Shown here in pieces: positions 57,237-64,000 of a stretch of 64,000 nucleotides of DNA; the stretch's first letter is position 1; each line of letters starts with the position of its first letter. A model generated the notes under the pieces. It had not been told where the DNA came from. It saw only the letters and a program-made list of their open reading frames with translations, and did no database searches. A program made the position numbers and the translations under genes. Where the stretch lies: the NCBI GenBank assembly GCA_026936335.1, contig JAPMXV010000042.1, positions 310,001-374,000 of the forward strand, read 5' to 3'. This DNA is from Mantamonas sphyraenae STR306 (Eukaryota; Protista; CRuMs).

Positions 57237-60200
57237 ATGAGCAGCAGCAGCAGCAGCAGAAGCGCTCGACACAAGTCGCTGTCCAAACACAAGACGGCTT
57301 CACGACAGCTGTGGGACGACGGGCGTGTGGATTGGATTTTTGAGCGGCTCAAGAGCGGCGTTCATGTGTCGCAGGAGCAGTTGGAAGTGATGTACACCAT
57401 GGATGGGGAGAGCAAGGCAGCTCTGGAAGAGTTCCTGGACTCTGGCGACTGCAGGCGACTGTTGTTTCGCTTTGTGCGTCGTGACGGCGAGGAGGAGGAG
57501 CTGGTGGCCCTCACCAGCGCCGGCGTGGGCGAGGACGAATTTGAAGGCAGCAGCTCAAGCAAGAACTACTTTTTCATCAAGACAGGCAACGAGCCTCTGG
57601 AAGAGGCCAACATGCTCGAGGTACGTGGGCAATGTGTGTGGGAGAGCTTGTGTGTGGCGCAGGTGTGCAGGGTGTGCGTGTGTGCGGTGTGGCAGGAGCT
57701 GACGCGGAAGGCGTTGCTGGCGCGACCAACAGAGCGTTGTGTGCGGCGAGTTTGGCCGCGACACGCTGGAGCAATTGTACAATGTGTCCAAGGAGGTCTT
57801 TCTGCCCATGCTGATGAATCCGGAAAACCTCGAATCCATGAACGAGATCGTGCGCAAGGAGATCATCGACGCGTTCTACCAGTTCCTGGGCAACGTTTAC
57901 GTTACGATCGGCCTGACGCAGGTGCGTTTCCACGTCCACGAGGCCCCACGCCCGTTTCCCTCATCCCCATTTGCGGCTCGTTTGTGCCTTGTTCCCTTTG
58001 ACACCCACTCACTCGCCTGTCTGCCCCCGTCCATGTGCCCTGCATCCGCCCTACAGGGAAAGACGCTCCTGCCGTTGCCGCCCTTCCCCACCACAGACGT
58101 CTCCAAAATCGCAAAGGACAAGGAGATGGTCCATCTGCTCGAGTCTGCTGTCATCACATGGATCCGACAGATCAAGGTACGTTCTCCAGACCCTACCGCA
58201 TATCGCCATCCCTGTCGCGAGGCCCTTTGGCGCCGCCACCCTCTCTCGCCACATTCGCGCGCTTCGCCTGCGTTTGCCCTCCGCTTTTCCTCCATCCAGC
58301 CACACCCGCCCTCTGTGACCCACCCCAACTTCTCACACACACTCATTCTTCCGCTTTGGTGCCGCTTTCTGCTTTGCCCGTCCTGCTACGGCTGTACGTG
58401 AACGCGTGCGCGCTCGTCCCCCCATCCAACCCTCGTGCCGACCCACAGAATGTCCTGCAGAGCGATCCCGAGGATGCCTTTAAGGATGGCAACGCACACC
58501 CGGGCCCCATGGACGAGCTCGACTTTTGGGAGGCCAAGTCGCAGGACTTGAACCTGCTGCACGCACAGACAATGAGCGCCGAGGTACGCCGTGCCGTGCG
58601 TGTGCTCGAGATTACAAAGAGCTCCTACTCGCCTGCGTTTACACGCCTCACCAAAGAGGTACAGATTGCGCGCGCCGAAGCCAACAACAACTACAAGTTC
58701 CTGAGGCCCATCCGCAAGTACTTTGAACAGCTGCGCGCTTCCAAGCGCTTTGGCGATCTCGTCAACATTTTCCAGCCCATGATGCACATGGTGCTGCTCG
58801 TGTGGACAAACTCAAAGTTTTACAACACCCCATTCCGCATGGTGCTTCTCCTGCGCGCCATCTGCAACGACCTCATCACGCGCGCCACTGCTCACATCGA
58901 CAGCGCCACCCTCTTCAAGATCGAGCCCGAGGACGCCCTCGACCGTCTCTCCACAGCCATGCACGTGTGTGGCACATTCAAGGCCTGCTACTTTGCATAC
59001 AAGCAGGCCACGCAGGAGAACAACCCGGGCAACAAGTGGAACTTTCAGAACGCAAGCATTTTCCACCGCCTTGACGCCTTCCTCGAGCGCTGCCACGACA
59101 TCCTCGAGCTCACTCAGACCATTGTGCAGTTCAACCAGCTTGAAAAGGTCGAAATCGGAGGTTCCAAGGGCCGCGTCCTCTCGGGCAACATCCGCCAGAT
59201 TCACACGGACTTTGTGCAGTCCGTACAGCGCTTCCAGGACGTGCCCTACGACCTCCTCGACGTCGAGGCCAAGGCCTTTGACAACTCCTTCTATGACTTT
59301 CGCACACAGATCAAGCTCCTGGAGAAGCGTGTGAGCTCCGTCATCATCACGGGCTTCGACGACGCCAACAGCTTCGACGCAGCCTTTGGCGTCCTCGCCT
59401 CCTTTGACGACCTCCTCAACCGCGAGCAGATCAAAACAGACATCTCCAGCAAGGAACGCGAGCTTGTCATTGCGTTCACCGAGGACCTGGTCAAGGTCGA
59501 CGAGGAGTGCCGCGCTGGCCCCATGCTCAAGGCCGCATACAACAATATGCCTCCCGTCGCAGGCGCCCTGATGTGGGTTCAGGGCCTCAAGGACCGTGCG
59601 CACGGGCCCATGAACAAGCTGTCCAAAATGCGCAGGCCCGTCATGGACACAGACGACGGCAAGACGCTTCAACGTACCTACAGTGCGGCCATGGACGCCC
59701 TCAACAGGTTTGAGGAGGATATGAAGGCCAGCTGGCAGGACCAGTTTGACAACAGCACGCTGAACAAGCTTAAACAGCCGTTGCTGCGGCGCAACAGCCA
59801 GACAGGCCTGCTCGAGGTGAACTTTGACCCGCTTCTGGAGAACTTGCTGCGCGAGATCAAGTACCTGTCGCAGATGCGTGACATTGAGATTCCGCAGGGT
59901 GCAGCATCCTTCTTCAAGCGGAGCCAGACGTTCCGCACCCAAAAGGGTACCCTGGAAATCATTGTGCACAAGTACAACGGCGTGCTCGTATCTCTCAACG
60001 ACGTGGAGCGTCCGCTGTTCCAGAACTGGATCGAGGACATCAACAAGGTGTTGGAGAAGGGCGAGAAGCACTTGAACTGGAAGAGCCACGGCATCGCCGA
60101 CTTTGTAAACTCATCGCTCAGCATTGTGCGCCAGACAAGCGACATCCTGGAAACGGTCAAGCACAACGAGAGCGCCATCCGAGCCATTCTGCAGCGATGG

Positions 60201-63200
60201 GAGGGCACACCGTTGCTGGAGCGCAGCAACCAGAAGACATACTCGCCGCACGAGTTTCAGGAGAAGCAAAACGCACGCTTCCGCTCGCGCTTCAACGAGT
60301 TTACCGAAGACAACAAGGAGATGCACAGGCTGATTGCAGAGAGCAACAAGGCACTCAAGATCTCCAAGGGTGCGCCTGCGTGGAAGGCATACGTGGAGTA
60401 CATCCACGACATCATCGGCACGGGCATCAAGAGCGTGGTGGTGCTCTCACTGCGCTACCTGCAGCTGCAAATGGACCCGACGCTGTCTTCCACCGACGTC
60501 ACGCCGCTGCTTGAGGTCAAGATGGAGCTGGTGGTGCCGGACATCATCTTTTCGCCCGACGTGGAAGACTCTGGCAAGCTGAGCGTGCCGCAGATCGTCG
60601 AGTCCTGGATCGAAAACTTTTGCCGTGTGGGCTCGCTGATCACACGAATGGTCGAGGGCGAAACACCCGATTTTCTCAGCGTCATCGAGCGTGACGCCGA
60701 CATTGCCGGATTGATTGCCAGCATTCGCCGCCTGATGGACCGCAACGTGTCCCAGTGCGCCGAATTCAAGCGCTCCTTCACAAGCTATGCCTATCTGTGG
60801 AAGAACGAGATCAATCAGAGTTTCAACAAGTTTATGCAGCAGGAGTTGCGCAAGGCAGTGGAGCAGTGGCAGAACGCGTCGTCAGCGTCGCTGCTGGACG
60901 CCGAGGAGCCCACCGAACCACCTCTGGATGCGTTTGACAGACAGGTGGCGATGTTCAAGGCCTTGCAAGACGAGGTCCAGCAGCTGCCAAGCAACACAAA
61001 CATCAGCTGGCTGAAGATCGACTCGAAGCCGCTGAAGCAGGCAATGAGCACCTGGGTCACACGATGGATCTTTGCATACACACAGCACCTGACCAACGAC
61101 ACCATCAACAAACTGGACGAGCTCAACGAGTTTGTGCGCACCAGCAACGCCGGCCTGGACAAGGAGGTGCAGCCGGGTGACACGCAGGCTCTCATGGACG
61201 TGATGGGTCACATCCGAGACGTACGCCTGCGTGCACAGACCACCGACGGCATGTTTACGCCGCTGCGCGAAGTCGTGGCCATGCTGCGCCGCTACGGCTT
61301 CCTGCTGCCGCAATCGGTGATGCAGTCGCTGGACGAGGCGCCGCAAAAGTGGTTGGCGCTGAAAAAGAAGGCACAACTGACACGCGAGCGCGTCGACAGC
61401 ATGCAGCACCACCAGGTGGACCGCATCAAGCAGGACGTGCTGAAGTTCCAGAAGAAGGTGGACACGTACAGGCGCGACTTTACAACCAACGCGCCCACCA
61501 AAATGAGTGTGGAAATTGTGCCGGCGTACATTGCGCTGGACAGGTACCACATCTCGTTGCTGGAAATCCGCCACGAAGCAGACTCGCTGAACGAGCTGCA
61601 GCAGCTGTTTGAGCTGGAGGTGACGGATTTTGACAAGCTGGTCATGTGCAGGCAGGATCTGACCAACCTGAAGTACATCTGGGACCTTGCGTCGCTGGTG
61701 AGCCAGCAATTCGAGGCCTGGGGCAAGTTGCTCTTCCGCGACGTAAACGTGCAGAAGCTCGTGGGCCAGACGCGCGTGTTTGAAGAGCACGTGCAGAAAA
61801 TCGACAACGAGGGCTCGGCGTACACAGTGTACCGCGAAGTGGCCACGCTGGTGTCCAACATGATGGTGGCGGTTCCGCTGGCGGGCGAGTTGCACTCGCG
61901 CGCCATGCGAGAGCGCCACTGGAAGTCCATTGCACGCGCTACCAAGGCCACGCTCCCGTTCGAGTCACCTGCTTTCAGTTTGCAACACTTGATCGACGGC
62001 GAGATCTACAAGTACGAGAAGGAGGTGCGCAACATTGTGCGCCGCGCTGAAAACGAGCTGCGCATCGAGGAGGCGCTGGACAGCATCGAGGCGACGTGGG
62101 ATCACATCCTGTTGGAGTTTGAGGAGCAGGAGCCCCTGAACGAGCAGAGCGAGCCGATGCTGATTGCGGTGAAGCTGGAGAGTACGTTTGAGATGCTCGA
62201 GTCACACCAAGTGACACTGCAGTCGCTGCAACACGGCAAGTTTAGCATGCACTTTGCAGACGAGGTGCACAAGTGGCAGAAGCGCCTGGCACAGGTGGAG
62301 GTCACGCTGACGTTGCTTGTGAGCGTCCAGAAAACCTGGATGAATCTGGTGGGGATCTTCAGCCAGCTGGAGGAGGTTGCAAGCGCTCTTCCGGAGGACA
62401 CACAGCAGTTTGCAAAGTCGGACGCCGAGTTGCACCAGCTGCTCCACGACATGTCCCTGAACCGCAATGTGGCGGCGGCGTGTTCGCGTCCGGGACTGGA
62501 CGAGACGCTCAGGCGGTTGCAGCAGCAGCTGGAAAAGTGCAAGTCGAGCATGCTGGAGTTCCTGGAGAAAAAGCGAAGCATGTTCCCGCGCTTCTACTTC
62601 ATCTCGGCTCAGGATCTGCTGACGGTGCTGTCTCGCGGTCACCAGCCGCAGCTGGTGAGCAAGATGATCAGCATGTTGTTTCCGCACGTGGCGAGGCTTC
62701 ACTTCCAGGCAGATTCCGGGTACGCGAAGAAGCGTGCCATTGGCCTGTACGGACGCGATGGCGAGTACATGGAGTTCCACAAACCATTCGACTGCAGCGG
62801 GCCCAGCGAGCGTTGGCTGGCCAATCTGGTGACACACATCCGCAGCGCCCTGCAACTGGCCTTGACGGATGCCATGCTGACGAGCGAGGACCCTGGCTAC
62901 GGTTGGGTGACCGAGTACTGCTCGCAGGTGGTGCACCTGACGACCAACATCTGGTTCAGCGCCGACGTAAACGTCGAGTTTGACAAGCTGGAAGAGGGCC
63001 AGGTGAGCTCGCTGCGAGCGCTGTGGAACAAGCAGATGGACAAAATGGACGAGTTGACGGAGTATGCGCACCGTTCGCACCACTCTGAAAGCATGAACGA
63101 GGTCCAGCGCAACAAGGTGAGCGCGCTGATTGTGCAGGAGCTGCATCACCGCGACATCCTGCAGCAGTTGATGGAGGCACGCGAAGAATCTGCAGAGTGC

Positions 63201-64000
63201 TTCAACTGGCAGCAACACATCCGGTACATGTGGGAAGAGAACGAGGAGCGGTGCACCATGTTCCTGGCGGAGACAGAGGTGGTGTACGGCTTTGAGTTTA
63301 CGGGCAGCTCGGGCGCCATGATCCCGACGAGCCTGAGTACGCGCAGCTATCTGAGCATGTGCCACTCGATGCAGCTGCACCGTGGAGGCATCCTGACAGG
63401 CCCTGCCGGAGTGGGCAAGACTGAAACGGCGTGGAACCTGTCGCGTGCAGCTGGCAGGCCCATGTTTCTGTTCAACTGCACAGCACAGGTGGACAGCACG
63501 ACGCTTTTCAACCTGTACAAGGGCATGGCCATCAGCGGATGCTGGTCGCTGGTGATGGGCATTGCTGCGCTGGAGCCCGGCGTGCTGTCTGTGACGGCTA
63601 CTCACCTTCAGCGCTTCATGGAAGCCATCCGAGCCAAGAGCAAGGTGGTGGTGGTGGCCGGCGAAAAGATCAAATTGCAGCAGGCGCGCTTGGGTGTGTT
63701 TTTCACGCGCAACACAGACAGCGTGACCAAGACGCACATGCCGGAAAGCATGCGCTCGTTGCTGCGGCCCGTGGCCATGGTGAAGCCGGATACGCACACC
63801 ATCATGCGTATGCTGCTGCACTCACATGGGTTTGAGAATGCCGACGTGCTGGCGGACAGGATGGTCGCGCTGCAAAAGCTGCTGGCGGACAACCTGTCCC
63901 AACAGCAGCACTACAACTGGGGCTTGCGTGTGATGAAGACGGCCGTCGTGCGTGCGGGCACCACGCGACGCGTAAAACAGGACGTGAACGAGGACAGGCT
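57237..64000 (+). CDS. Dynein heavy chain, axonemal outer-arm-like tail, divergent AAA1 (runs off window); exons 57237-57620, 57733-57921, 58057-58176, 58449->64000
   Basis: GKTLLPLPP, LLESAVITWIRQIK, PGPMDELDFW (tail), MRERHW, FPRFYFISAQDLL (linker), GPAGVGKTET (AAA1 P-loop, 63399), LSQQQHYNWGLR. The >5.5-kb last exon is open and is missing from the ORF track only because it has no stop. Confidence 0.95.

Noticed and set aside
58812-63821. Long minus-strand ORFs (425, 345, 539 aa)
   Set aside because: Antisense shadows of the dynein heavy chain exon.
1-64000. Functional clustering of ciliary genes (IFT46, JHY, CCDC191, dynein); alternative genetic code; CRISPR, tRNA or rRNA
   Set aside because: Ciliary genes are interspersed with housekeeping genes at a density plausible for a flagellate. 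TAA, TAG and TGA all end conserved proteins. No repeat-spacer array or structural RNA was recognised.

Overview
Gene-dense, GC-rich (roughly 60%, estimated by eye) eukaryotic DNA from a flagellated protist: spliceosomal GT-AG introns, standard genetic code, and genes for IFT46, an axonemal-type dynein, JHY, CCDC191, Arp2 and an HPt phosphorelay protein. About 26 protein genes are packed almost end to end, most with intergenic gaps of 30-260 bp. Most are housekeeping genes (ETFB, SEC61G, ARP2, ATG12, USP25/28-like, PDHA1, RAB5IF, EIF3I, ALIX-like, F-box/LRR, cytochrome b5, PRPF19, COPB1, DIS3L2, TBC GAP). No tRNA, rRNA, CRISPR array or transposon was recognised. Three items stand out. (1) A dynein heavy chain with an outer-arm-type tail whose AAA1 site keeps Walker A but has lost the catalytic Walker B (DE->MG), a candidate pseudo-motor. 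(2) A recent tandem duplication (2766-bp period) of a secreted ~700-aa protein I do not recognise, with a polyacidic N-terminal region and a long His/Arg/Asn/Tyr/Trp-rich basic helical region, a candidate extrusome or adhesive protein. (3) A CDP-alcohol phosphotransferase with a degenerate active-site motif fused to an intact HxGH cytidylyltransferase. All gene models, exon boundaries and family calls were made by eye and from recalled consensus motifs; no database searches were run.
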